Source of the DNA: Heteronotia binoei
Taxonomy: Eukaryota
Direction of reading: 5' to 3'
Length of the DNA stretch: 64,000 bases
NCBI RefSeq assembly: GCF_032191835.1
Contig: NC_083233.1
Location: 61,628,001-61,692,000 of the forward strand
Below, piece by piece: positions 1-12,573 of this stretch; position 1 is the first letter of the stretch, and each line of letters opens with the position of its first letter. The notes beneath the pieces are model-generated. The model made no database searches. It saw nothing but the letters and a program-made list of their open reading frames with translations, and was not told where the DNA came from. The position numbers and the translations under genes were made by a program.

Positions 1-269
1 GTGTGCAGACTCTTATCTGGGAGAACTGGGTTTGATTCCCCACTCCTCCACTTGCACCTGCTAGCATGGCCTTGGGTCATGACTAGTCGTAGCTCTGACT
101 TAGGCTGTCCTTGAAAGGGCAGCTGCTGTGAGAGTCCTTTTAGCCCCATGTACCTCACCGGGTGTCTGTTGTGGAGGAGGAAGATAAAGGAGATTATGAG
201 CCGCTCTGAGACTCTGAGTGGAGGGTGGGATATAAATCCAATATCATCATCATGTAGATACTGTATGGG

Positions 270-360
270 CAGGGCTTTTTTTTGGAGTAGGAATGCAGTT
301 CCGACTGACTTGGCATCAGGGGTGTGGCCTAATATGCAAATGAGTTCCTGCTGGGCTTTG
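270..360. mobile_element. Short hAT-type MITE (TIR CAGGGCTTTTTTT), 8-bp TSD TGTATGGG; sister copies 10607-10725, 12146-12254, 22936-23052
   Basis: TSDs: TGTATGGG x2; CTGGTGGC/CTGATAGC; CTTGTAAG x2; GTGAGAAC/GTCAGAAC. Confidence 0.8.
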
Positions 361-2330
361 TGTATGGGGAACTGAGGACCAATTCGCAGATACAGAAGGG
401 ATCTGCAACATGGTGCCCATCATGGCACCTGCTGACAGCTTTTTGGGCACCTGCCAAGTGTTTTTAGGAAGTGGGTGGGCCCAGCCAGGGCTTTCACCAA
501 ACAAGACTTATGATTGGTCACTGGAGATTTGGTTGGGTGTGCAGATTTTTTAAAATGTTGCTTTGGCAGCAGCTGTCACCTCTGCACTGTGTTAGTGAAG
601 TTTAAGTTGTGACAATCATTTTGTGGCTGGCTTTGCCTCCTGTGGCAGTCATTTTGCAGGTGGGCCCACCATGTCAGAATTCCAAATGCGCCCACAGGCT
701 CAAATAAGTTAGGGACTCCTGCATTACAGAGGGTCTTCTTGCCTTGCTCCCCATGCCTGCCTCCAGTTCCTGTCAATCAAGGAATTCTGCTCGAAGCATG
801 AAACTTAGGGGGAGGCATATGGATTTTGCAATGTGTGATCTGGCCCTCTGTTTTCCCCCGTGTGGCAAACAACACATCCATGGACCCTGGTCCCTGATCC
901 AAATTCACCTTTACTTCCTGCAGCTGCTTTTAACTTATCTTTGCAGGACATCTGAATCAGGCCTCTTCTCTGGTTTGGCACATAGTTCCATGCAGCATCC
1001 CTAACCTCCCCTCACAAAATGCAAGTTTTGCATTGCTGGGTTTTTGTTCTTTAAAAGCCTGCATTTGGCAGAGAAGCTCAATTTCTTCTTCATTAAACAG
1101 CTTTCCTTATTCCCCAGATCTCTATACAATGCTCTCCCTGGAGGGATTTTATTATAAAGTCCCGTGAGATCGAAGGCTGTGTATCAGCTAACAAAATGTT
1201 AGCTGATACAGAGAGAAGTGAGGCACAGAGAGAAGTGAGGCTGAGATCAGCCGGTGAGTTTCATGGTAGACTGATGCTCAGCTCAGCCCACTCATAGTCT
1301 CGCACTAACCATTACATCGCATTGAGTCATTAGTTACCCCTTGAGCCCAGCCAAATAGGAAGCAGGTTGAACCCTTGGCTGGCATCAGTGGCATCTCCCT
1401 TCTCTCTCAGGAACCAGATGCAGGGCAGTAAAAATCCATAAAGGTTCCCTCCCAGGTTCATTCCACAAGCTTCATTTTGTTTGTTATTATTCCCATTCAT
1501 TTTCATAATTACTGTCATTTCCTTTGGCTTTAGTTGGAAAAGCTTCTCTCTCCCCTCCCCCTGACCACTGCTTGAACTTCAGCCATTGAAAGATATGTTT
1601 GATATCTCAAAGAACTCAGCCATTGCCTGCCAGGGTTGTGGGCAGCAGTCAGGATCGTGGAAAGGGAACTCTGAAGGTGGGCACAAACGTAAGAAGCCAT
1701 CCGAGGATTCATCCCAGGAGACCAGAAATCCAGACTGCGCTGAATGAGCCAGCAAGAGTCAAGGCTACAAGGAAAGGCCAAATCCTAGAGAGGGAAGAAG
1801 AGATAAGACAGAACCAAATCACTGGATGGGAGCCAAGGCCACTAGATAGAAGCCAAGGTCACAAGGCAAGTCAGAGAGCAAGAAGGAAAAGCGGTACACA
1901 CCAGAACAAAGCAGGAAGACAGAGACTCTGGGCCTAAGCAGACGTGACATTTTACACATGTACACTTGCAGGTTAGTGGTGAGCGTTGTGCCCAAGTGGT
2001 TCATCCTAGTCTTGTCAGTCTTAGACTTGTTGGCCCCGTTGAATATAAAGAAGAAGAGTTGGCCCTTCACTACCCGAACGAGTCTTGGAGCAGCTTACAA
2101 TCACCTTTCCCTTTCTCTCCCCACAACAGCCACCTTGTGAGGTAGGTGGGGCTGAGAAAGCTCTGAAAGAATTGAGACTGGTCACCCAGCAGGCTACATG
2201 TGGAAGAGGACGAGAAGGGAATCAAGCCTAGTAGCCACAGAGCTTAGCCAGTGTCATGAGCCAGCATTGCTTCATTGATGAGCTGGAGATAGAGGTACTA
2301 AAAGAGGGCTCAAAGCAGTCGCAGGGCACC

Positions 2331-2825
2331 TTTTATTTATTTAGAACGCTTTTATGCCCCCTTTCCATCTGATCAGTGTTCACAAGGCAGCAAACATTTA
2401 AAAACGTTTGAACAAAAACACAGATAAGATTATAAAATAACTCAGTTACAAAACATAAACCACACTAGGAGGAGGGCCAGTAATGCTTACTGAGGGTATG
2501 CCAGATGGAAAAGGTTTTCCCTTGCTGGTGAAAAACATCCATAGAGGGTGACAGACAAATCTCCCCAGGAAGGGAATTCAAATGTTTTGGTGCCACAACT
2601 GAGAAGGCCCTTTCTCGGGTTGCCACCTGTCTAGCCTCAGATGGCGAGGGCAACCAAAGCAGGGCCTCCAAAGATGATCTGAGTGTATGGATAGGATGGG
2701 AGAAGGCAGTCCTTAAGGTTTGTTGAGCCCAGGCAGTACAGGGCTTTAAAGGTCAATAGCAGCAGCTTGAACAGACACATGTCTCTAGCCACAGTGTTGC
2801 TGAATTTGCTTTGGCGGCTCAGATC
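2331..2825 (-). mobile_element. Decayed L2 LINE 3' fragment (another at about 3525-4200, minus)
   Basis: Minus-strand peptides LLLTFKALYCLG...LKDCL and MQNAAAHLL...NLWLPISYQVQF...AFSVVVPTLWNSLP. Confidence 0.75.
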
Positions 2826-5432
2826 TTGAGAATGCATTCATTGGAACTAATGCAGAATAGAACAAGAACGTTTCAGTCATACATAAGAGACTGGCAGCAG
2901 GACACAATCAGTTCAAATTACCATGAGAGTACTTTGAAACAGGAAAAAAGAACAAAACATTTTGCTCATAGTAGTAACAATCAGCAATCAGCAGTACGAA
3001 ATCTGTACAAACCAATTTTAAGACTTCCAGTCCACCCTTTAAAATAATCATAATTAAACGTTGAATCTATATTAGAAATATCTGCTGTACAGGCACTGCC
3101 CCAAGCAACCAGCAAACAGGAAATATAACTCTCTTCTCTCAAACCAGGCTTTTATTTTGTTGTTTAAATTTACTTTCTTTATTCAAAAGCTGTATATTTT
3201 TCAGTCTGCTAAAGGGACACTTCTTCTAAACAGGGATAATTCCAAAATCCTTTTCATCCAAATTTCTCCTTGCATCTTTTTACATCTGTTTGTAGACCAG
3301 ATACTATCCTTGTAAACAGGAAAGAAATTAAGGAAGTTGACAGTATATCTACCTGGTTCAATAGTTGACTAGGCTTGCCTGTTTCTAAACTAGTCCCTCT
3401 AACTGTCCATTTAATATAACTTCGATTTGCAGTAATGCTGAGTTGACACTGTTTGGCTTCATGCCTTGAAAAGCTTCAGCTGCCCATTTCTGTATGTTAA
3501 ACCTCTATTGTCTTATTTCAGTCTACTTACTTGATTTATAGTCCACCTTTCAAGCGGATCACAGGATATAAACAGTACAATAAAACGCCATAAGGCAACC
3601 AATGAACAATGCAATAGGCCTATGATTGCAAAATTAGGGAGGGAGCAAGGCAAACAACAAACAAGGCAGGTAAGCTATAAATAATACAAAAAGTGGATTA
3701 CAAGTGAGGTGAAAACAGGAGTCACCTGCAATAATTATATAGACACCCTCCTGAGCTGTTCATTCTACTACAGTTCTAATCTTGTGAACATTTTAGTTTT
3801 GCACATTCTGCAGGCAGCCTTCCTGACCCCCTTAGGGCAGGCTGTTCCACAAGGTAGGAACAACTACCGAGAATGCATCAGAATGGGTGGCTGCCCCTCT
3901 TACCCATTTGAAGGGTGGCACCTTTCGAAGGCTTAATTCAAACGAGCAAAGCTGTTTCGGTGGAACAGAGCAGCAGAGGTGGTCCTGCAGGTAGGTAGGT
4001 CCAAGGTCATTCAGGGCTTCACAGGCAAACTGAACTTGGTAACTGATTGGTAGCCAAAGGTTGTCTTGCAAAATGGATGTGATGTGCACGTCCTCCCCGG
4101 TGCCCAATAGTAAATGGGCTGCGGCATTCTGCATTAACTTGAATTTCTGGACTGTCTTTCAGAATAGACCCATGTAGTGTGCATTACGATAGTCTAGCCT
4201 CAGGGTTACGGTTGCCAGGTCCTACTCAAGAAATATCTGGGGAACTGAGTTCTCTTGTAGAAGATGGCTGCTTTGGGGGGGTGGACTCTAGGGTATTATA
4301 CCCTGCAAAGGTCCCTCCCCAAACCCCAGCCTCCACCCCAAAATCTCCAGGAATTAATTCCCAATAACTTGTCTTCTCTCTAGTTCCATTCTGTCTCTCC
4401 AGTTTCCCCACCCACCCACAAGGCATCTTGCCATGCGTGTTTGCTACAGATATATGAAAGCCATATAAATCAGCTTCCAGCACAGCCAATCCACCCTTTT
4501 CCATTATTGCAATGAAATATTAAATCCATATTAGAAAAATATTCAGTATGGACATCTTTCCAACGAACCAGAAAGCTGAATGTATGACTCTCGTTCTGGA
4601 CAGGGATACTTTCAAATTCCTCCTTAACTTTTAGAACTGCAGTTGGCTCAGGCCTTCTCCATTGTTCCATACTTCCTTTCCAGTCCTTGCACAGAATGTT
4701 GTATGTGGACAAATTCCCATGCCAGGGGATGACTGACCTCTGCCGGGCTAAGGGAACAAAGGCAGCAACCAGGCATGTCTCCACCATGTCTGGCTCCAGC
4801 CTCAGTTGAGACTCTCTCTCCCATCTTTAAGGTTGCCAATCCCCAGTTGGGGGCAGGTGATCCCCTGGTTTGGAGGCCCTTCTCCCACTTCAAGGTCATC
4901 AGAAAGCAGGGGGAGGGAGGGAAATGTCTGCTGGGCACTCCATTATACCCTGTGGAGACCAATTCCCATAGGATATACTGGGGAATTGATCAGTATCAGG
5001 GGGGGCTGTTTTTTGAGATTGAAACAGCAAATTTTCAGCATAGCATCTGGTGCCTCTTCTCAAAACATCCCCCCCCCCCAAGTTTCAAAAGATTGGACCA
5101 GGGGATCCGATTCTATGAGCCCCAAAAGAAGGTGCCCCTATCCTCCATTATTCCAAATGAAGGGAAGGCATTTAAAAGGAGCACAGTCTCTTTAAATGCG
5201 ATGGCCAGAGCTCCCTCTTGAGTTCAATCGTGCTTGTCACAACCTAGCTCCTGGCTCCACCCCCAAAGTCCCCAGCTGTTTCCTTAGACCTGGCAACCCT
5301 ATCTCGGCTATGAACTGCCCTCTGGGAGGCAGCCCAAGGGAACAGCCAGGCAAGTCTTTGTCATGTCTGGTCTCCAGCTCCAGTTGATGGCTCTCCTCCT
5401 TCTGGAGATGATGGAAAGTGCCATCAAGCTGA

Positions 5433-5911
5433 CTTAAGAACATAAGAGAAGCCATGTTAGATCAGGCCAACGGCCCATCCAGTCCAGCACTATGTGTCAC
5501 ACAGTGGCAAAAAAAAATTATATATATATATTCCACATGTTAATCACCCTTTGGGTGAATAAGTACTTCCTTTTATCCTTATGACAATCCTGTGGGTTTT
5601 CCAAGGCAAGAGACATTTCAGAGGCGGTTTGAAGCATAGACAACTTCAAGAGGGAATTGGATATAGATACGGAGCAGAGGTCCATCAGTGGCTATTAGCC
5701 ACAGCTTATCGTTGGAACTCTCTGCTTGGGGCAGTGATGCTCTGTATTCTTGGTGCTTGGGATGGGGGCACAGTGGGATGGCTTCTAATGTCCTGGCCCC
5801 ATTGGTGAACCTCCTGATGGCACTTGGGTTTTTTGGCCACTGTATGACACAGAGTGTTGGACTGGATGGGCCATTGGCCTGATCCAACATGGCTTCTCTT
5901 ATGTTCTTATG
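5433..5911. mobile_element. Two CR1 3'-end fragments in opposite orientation (same 3' end also at about 20505-20710, 21585-21735, 59460-59765)
   Basis: GGACTGGATGGGCCATTGGCCTGATCCAACATGGCTTCTCTTATGTTCTTA tail present on both strands. Confidence 0.75.
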
Positions 5912-7369
5912 CCTGCCTCCACATCATGATGACCCTGGTATTCATGGAGGTCTCCAAATTCTATCCAGGCTGACCCTTAGCTTCCAGGATCTGATGAGAT
6001 TGGGCTATCCTGGGCTATCCAGGTGAGACCTACGCCTTTTACTTGGCCTCAATGAAGCGAGAGGCAGCAGAAAGGCCATAGGCAGCCATTCTTCCATGCC
6101 CAGCCAACATCAGGCTGAAACGTTAACTGTTAACTGCCGTTCGACTTACTTTTAATTGCTGTAAGCAACTTTGAGAGCTATCGGGAAGGTTGAAAAACAA
6201 GGTTTAAAAAAATACAATCAATCCATCAATATGCTAAAATGGTCCAGTGAGGCCCCTCCTCAATTAACTTGATTCCTAGAAAAGTGCCTCGAAGGCTATA
6301 CAGTGAGACAGCAACCAAGAGTTTAGCCGTTTTTCCAGGCTCCCTGTAATGTTATTTAATCCAGAGCAAAAGAGGGTCAAATGCTTTGACGGTGAGGCTA
6401 AAAGGTCAGTGAAATCAGCTGCCAGGAGATTTAAATCTACTGGGGCAGGGGAGAGCATTGAGGCCTTGATCACTAAGGAGGAAGCTAAGAAGGCAATGCA
6501 AGTTAACCCACGGGCCAGCAATATATCTGGGAGGGAAACACACTGCTAGGTCAAAAGCCTCCCTGTGCTACCTTCTGGAGGCTAATTAAATTCTAGCTAT
6601 GAGGAACACAAGAATCTGATAGTGCCAAATGCTGTGCATCGGGAAGAGCATTTCCATCAGATCTCTAATGATGTGCTTGCTTAAAACTGACACTTGCAGA
6701 TTGATTTCCCCCCCTCCCTCCACCGATGGCCCCCCAAAGGGCCATGCTGCAAAATCGCAGTTTATATCTGATGGTCCAGAGGAGTCCTGTTTGCCTCTCA
6801 TGTTGTTAGATCGGCTTGACGCTGTTGGAAGTAACTGGTATAGCTAATCCAGTATCCTGTCTCAATTTAGCAGGGTGTGCCTTGGCTACAAGCAACAGAA
6901 GCTCTTTGTTCTTAGTGTACTGGCAGAGTTACAACTTACACAGAGTCACTTGTCAATTTCAAGACTAATAATAGCCCTTTTATTTAGAAGTTGCATTCTG
7001 TTGTTTGTGTGCACACGCACGCATGCACGTGCATCCCTGGAAGTCATGGTTGACTTCTGGCATTCCCTAGTGGGACTTGGACTTTCAGAGAGGTGGCTTG
7101 CTATTGCCTGCCTCTGCCTCCCAGCCCTGGTATTCTTTCGAGGTCTCTCATCCAAGTACTTGCCAGAGTTGGCCAGAACAGCTCTTGAGCTCTTTTCCCA
7201 CAAGTCGGAAGCAACAGGGAGGCACATGTGGCTTTCTGGAGTAGCTTTAGAAGGAGCCAAGATGACAGCTGACAAGAAGTCCTTGATCCCTTCCTCTGTA
7301 ACATCTTTGGTCAAGTACCTACATCACTTCTGCCTTTCCTCAAAAGCAGGTTTTGAGAGCGGTTGGCTT

Positions 7370-7800
7370 CAGGGCTGGTGCGTGGGAGTAGGCAAAGTAG
7401 GCAGTCACCTAGAGCGCCACCTGGTCTAGGGGGCACCACTGGGTGCCCCCTCCCAGACACATTACTCTCGCTCCTGACCACTGTCACCTTGTCTTCCCGC
7501 ATCACCAAGCTGCCCTCAACAAAGCCAAGCCACCCCCCTCTCCCCGATGTGCGGCTTGGTCTCCCACCTCATCCTGTCCTGCCACCCTCCTTCCTGGCTT
7601 GGCCGGCAAGCACTTATTCTCACAGTTTTTAAATAACATATCACATTTTTTAAAAAAAAATTAAAATTAAAAATCAGTAAATTAAAAATGTGAAAAGTTT
7701 CAAGTTTTGTGCTCTTCATTTTCCCTATTTTTTTAATAATGGGGGTGGGGCGCTAGTGGGTGATTTGCCTAGGGCACCAGAAAGCCTAGCACCGGCCCTG
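7370..7800. mobile_element. Non-autonomous hAT (Tip100-like TIR CAGGGCYGGTGC), perfect 8-bp TSD GTTGGCTT
   Basis: CAGGGCTGGTGC ... GCACCGGCCCTG; TSD at 7362-7369 and 7801-7808. Confidence 0.85.
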
Positions 7801-8232
7801 GTTGGCTTATAGCCTGGCAGCTCTGGAGGAGAAGCTGGAGCAGGACCCCCTTGAGCTGGACTTCATGTTGGACTACATGAAACAAAAATTACAGGCATCT
7901 AAAAAAATCTGAGACCACTACTTCCTGTTGGACCTCTGTGGAGGACTCGCCCATGGAAGTGAATTTCTCCAATTTAGAGAAGTACAAAACAGCAGCTCCT
8001 GATGCCTGAGAACTGCCACAGCAGGACAAGAATTCCATCCGTTCAGTCGCACAGTCGAGTCCGACTCTTTGCGTCCCCATGGACAAAGTCACGCCAGGCC
8101 CTCCTGTCTTCCACCATCCTCCGAAGTCTGCTCAAATTCGTGTTTGTTACATCCATTACCCAAATACTAAGGGGACACCGAAAAAACGGTCCCTCTCCAC
8201 TAATCTTGACACCAAATGCTCACAGGGTCAGA

Positions 8233-8406
8233 GGCTGTGATCACACACACGAAATAATGCACTTTCAATCCGTTTCCAACTGGATTTTGCCAGTTCACAC
8301 AGTTCATACTGAGCCTGCTTTGGTGGGGAGGGTGGGATATAAATCAAATAAACTAAACTCCAGCTGGAAAGTGCATTGAAAGTGCATAGTGTGTGTGATC
8401 ACAGCC
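8233..8406. mobile_element. MITE with TIR GGCTGTGATCACACAC and 3-bp TSD AGA (Harbinger-like), containing an L2/SINE tail fragment
   Basis: TIR pair; AGA on both sides; internal GAGCCTGC...GAGGGTGGGATATAAATCAAATAAA. Confidence 0.65.
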
Positions 8407-9331
8407 AGAGAGCATATTATGTCACAAATAGCACACGTTTTGGTGCCAACCTGCCTCTGGGATTTCAATATGACGATGTGCATATGTTCTCCCTCTCTCT
8501 CTCTCTGACAGATGATTCCTAGTTATAGGGAATGGAAGAGAGGCTGACCTGAGTGAGCCCCGCTCTTAATAACATGCCACCCATTTGGCAGCTAGACGGA
8601 AAGAGGTCGAGGAGGTTGTTTCCACCGCCCATTGTAGCTTCTCCAGCCTTGGTAAGGAGGTGACGGTAAGGCAACAAAATATAAATCAGTCCCCCGGTAA
8701 AAAAATTCTGCTCTCTCTTAGAGCAGCCAAGGGTGGCCTCTGTGACAAATGTCTCCTACCAGATGTCAGTTCCAAAGCTGGGCTTGCTGTCCTCAGATCT
8801 GATTCATCATTAGGCTGAATATACATGAAGCGGCCTCATGCTGACTCAGAATGTTGGTCTCGGGAAGCCAGGATTGTTTAGTGGGGTTGGCAGTTGCTCT
8901 CCAAGGGCTCAGGCAAAGAGTCTCTTCCCAGAACCTGCAACTGTTTAAAATGGAGACCCCGGGGATTGAACCTGGGACTTTTTGTATGCACACATTCTAT
9001 CAAAGAGCCAGTATTTGTCCCTCCTGTTTGCTTGTTTTTATCTATTTAATTTATTTATTTATATCCCACCTTTCACCCCAATGGGAACTCAAAGCAGCTG
9101 ACATTGTTCTCCTCTCCTCCATTTCATCCTCATGACAACCCTGTGAGGTAGGTGAGGCTGAGAGCAAGTGACTGGCCCATGGTCACCCTGTGAGCTTCCG
9201 TGACACAAGTGGGGATTCGAACCTGGGTCTCCCAGATACTAGTTTGACACTTTAACCACTACACCAGGCTGTCTCTATTAGAACTGAAGTATCATTTCTA
9301 TGGAACTAGTACACACTAGTACACTAGCAGC

Positions 9332-9547
9332 CAATGTTCCCTCTAAGCTGCAGAGTCTTGTGAGCAAAAATTCTATTTCGTGAGCTACTGGTATTAAAGT
9401 TGTGAGCTACTGGCATAAAAGTGGTGAGCTACTGCATAAATTATTGTGCTCTGGGGTATTCCTTCCTATGTTAAGACAAAAATGTGTGAGCTGGAGGCTA
9501 AAAATCTGTGAGAAAGCTCACACTAATTCAGCTTAGAGGGAACACTG
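9332..9547. mobile_element. Non-autonomous hAT (TIR CARTGTTCCCTCTAAGCTG), TSD CTAGCAGC/CTAGCAAC; inverted partial copy at about 40283-40465
   Basis: TIR pair and a 7/8 TSD match. Confidence 0.8.
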
Positions 9548-9814
9548 CTAGCAACACTATCTCTGTCATAAACATACGCTCTAGTAAGTCATTTTTCTGT
9601 TTCTGAAATGATATCTAGAGAGCATTTCATGTTAATGCACTTGCAGATCAGGCTGGACTTGCTTGGCTAAATCTATCTGCCTAGTCTTCTATGCTCTCAT
9701 ATGGGAACATGCAAAACTTATACTAAGTCAACCCACTGACCTATGTAGCTGAGTACAATTGAGTACTATGTACTTTGGCAAGCAGCAACAGTCCAGTGAC
9801 TGAGTAATTCTCAG

Positions 9815-10010
9815 TAGAACAGGCTTCCTCGGGAGGTGGTGGGCTCTCCTTCTTTGGAAGTTTTTAAACAGAGGCTAGATGCCCATCGGACAGCAATGCT
9901 GATTCTCTAACTTAGACAGAACTTAGAGGGGATGTATTTGTGAGTTTCCTGCATTGCGCAGGGGGTTGGACTAGATGACCCTGGTGATCCCTGCAATGAT
10001 TCCATGATTC
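9815..10010 (+). mobile_element. CR1 3' end, second subfamily (GGTTGGACTAGATGACC...ATGATTC tail); copies at about 39788-39860 (-) and 54465-54635 (+)
   Basis: Canonical CR1 3' hairpin and ATTCYRTG-type tail. Confidence 0.7.
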
Positions 10011-10078
10011 TGAGAACTTTTTAACTGGAGATACTAGGGACTGAGCCCTGACCTGGATAGCCCAGGCTAGCCTGGTCA

Positions 10079-10282
10079 TAGGGTTGCCAGGTCTCTGTTG
10101 GAAAATACCTGGAGACTTTGGGAGTGGATCCAAGAAAGGGCAGGGTTTGGGGAGGGGCCTCAGCATGGTAGAATGCCACAACGTCCACCCTTCAAAGCAG
10201 TCATTTTCTCCAGGGGTGCCTGCTGAAGATCAGTTGTAAAAGCGGGAGATCTCCAGACTCCACCTGGAGGCTGGCAACTCTA
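10079..10282. mobile_element. ~200-bp TAGGGTTGCCA-ended hAT MITE inserted in a 5S-derived SINE (many sister copies, e.g. 15428-15657, 11895-12068, 33897-34077, 34432-34625)
   Basis: TSD CCTGGTCA/CCTGATCA; the host SINE resumes on both sides. Confidence 0.8.
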
Positions 10283-12267
10283 CCTGATCAAGTCAGAAGC
10301 TAAGCAGGTTCAGCTCTGGTCAACATTTGGATGGGAGACCACCAAGGAATACTATGCAGAGGCAGGCAATAGCAAACCACCTCTGAGCAACTCTTGCCTT
10401 GAGAACCCTATGGGGCCACCATAGGTCAGCTGCAACTTGACACCATAAAAACAACAACTGGAACTTGAACTGGGGACCTTCTGCATGCAAAGCACACACT
10501 CCATCAGGGAACCTTGCCCTTTTCTTACAGCCATATTATCATATGAAGCCGCTTTATACCAAATCAGACCCATTGAGCCATATTTTCTACTAAGACCACT
10601 GGTGGCCAGGGCTTTTTTTAAATCAGGAACACACAGGAACGCATTTCCGGCTGGCTTGGCATCAAGGGGTGTGGCCTAATATGCAAATGAGTTTCTGCTG
10701 GGCTTTTTCTACAAAAAAAGGCCTGCTGATAGCTTTCCAGGGTTGAGAAAGGCCTTCCCTCAATACCTGTTGCCTGAGAGCCTTAAACTGGACATGCCAG
10801 GGACTGAAAACCAAACCTGCGTACAAAGGATGTGCTCTGCCAATGAGTCACAGTCCGCCACGGAAGTGGGTCCCCAAAACTGAGGCTCGAGTATCTCTAC
10901 CTGGGCATTTCCAACAGGGACGAGAATGCCTCTGAGGCTTCTTCCCACTGGACTCCTTCAAAAATTCTCCTGATCTTCGAAGCAGATGGCTTATCGTGTG
11001 TGATGAGAGAGAAGCTGCTGTGTTCCCAATGATGGGGAAACTTAACAGGAACTGGCTGGCTGCCCAGGATAAAAAGAACATTCATGAACAGTACGGTGCA
11101 GACAGCAGAGGATTTACAGGGTCTTAATACAGCCAGCCATGTTTTGCATAGGACATTTCTACCCTTTTAAGGCAAGGCCTGGTACAACAGAGGGAGGTGG
11201 TGGAATCCTGAGGTTGATAGAGAAGACTGTACCACTACAGGCCGTATCGGAATGATGCCCCTTTAAAAATTCTTCGTAAGTAATTCAAAAGTTTGGGGGG
11301 GCAGGGGAGGTTGAACTGGAAAACTTCCCACTGATGAGCTAGTTCACAGGTTCCCAGTGTGGTATTGCCTTTGGGTATGTACCATACACCTTTCCTGGCC
11401 CCCACCAAAAGCTTTTAGAAAGTGGGCTGGGCCAGGTGGGGCTTTTGCCCAGCAAGGCTCCTGTTTGGTCTTTGGAGATTTGATTGGCAGTGCTGATACT
11501 GTAAAATAATGCTTTGGCAGCAGCTGTCCCACCACGTCACCAAAATCTTCACGTTGTTACTAAAGGTGAGCTGTGGCAGCCGTTTTATGGCTAGTTCTGC
11601 CTCCTGTGGCAGCCATTTTGTGGCTGTGCCCACCGCATTGTGTGAGCATTCCAAAGAACAGCTCTGACAGAGTTATGACTGACCCAAGGTCACGCCAGCA
11701 ATTGTATGCAGAAGCAAACCCGATTCTCCCAAAGAAGAGTCCATACACTTAACCACTCTTTTGGTAAAAAAGGAAAGGGTAGGCAAGTGGCTCTGTGATT
11801 GGGAGGGGTTGTGAGCAGACATGGGAAGGATGCACAGGCAATGTGAGGTATGGGGACGGGGTCCTGGTGGTGAGCAGAAGAGGGGAGCCCAGGAGGGCTG
11901 CCAGCCTCCAGGTGGCCCATGGAGATCTCCCGCTATTACAACTGACCTCCCGATGACCAAGATCAGTCCCCCTGGAGAAAATGGCTGCTTTGCAGGCTGT
12001 AGCATTAAACCTTGCCGAGGTCCCTCCCCTCCCCAGGCTCCACCCCAATCCAGAGTCAGCAACCGTAGGGCATAGAGACCTTCCAAATCTGGAAGAGGTC
12101 CTAATCAATACCATAAAAACAATGGGATGTAGTGATGCTTGTAAGCAGGGCTTTTTTTTTTAGCAGGAACACAGTCCCGGCTGGTTTTGTGTCGGGGGTG
12201 TGGCCTAATATGCAAATGAAGTCCTGCTGGGCTTTTTCTCCAAATAAAGCCCTGCTTGTAAGTATTA

Positions 12268-12573
12268 AAAAGAGCCCCGTGGTGCAGAGTGTTAAAGCTG
12301 CAGTACTGCAGTCCTAAGCTCTGCTCATGACCTGAGTTCAATCCCCGGTGGAAGCTGGGTTTTCAGGTAGCCGGCTCAAGGTTGACTCAGCCTTCCATCC
12401 TTCCGAGGTCGGTAAAATGAGCACCCAGCTTGCTGGGGTGGGGGGGAAGTGTAGATGACTTGGGAAGGCAATGGCAAACCACCCCGTAAAAAGTCTGCCA
12501 TGAAAACGTTGTGAAAGCAACGTCACCCCAGAGTCGGAAACGACTGGTGCTTGCACCGGGGACCTTTCCTTTC
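12268..12573 (+). mobile_element. Full-length Sauria-type SINE (tRNA-like head, RTE/BovB-like tail) with 13-bp TSD
   Basis: A/B-box-like head (GTGGTGCAGAGTG; GAGTTCAATCCC), tail GGCAATGGCAAACCACCCC...GAGTCGGAAACGACTGG and (CCTTT)n end. TSD CTTGTAAGTATTA at 12255-12267 and 12574-12586. Confidence 0.85.

Noticed and set aside
1637-1949. Purine-rich TG...CA segment resembling an LTR
   Set aside because: No target-site duplication or second copy found.
4775-5221. 148-aa and 129-aa ORFs
   Set aside because: They lie inside a non-autonomous hAT; the sister copy at 26711-27207 does not keep the frames.
6875-7429. 184-aa plus-strand ORF and overlapping 122-aa minus-strand ORF
   Set aside because: No recognisable domain. 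They overlap a minus-strand 5S-derived SINE (about 7065-7200) and run into a hAT element at 7370, so they are chance ORFs.
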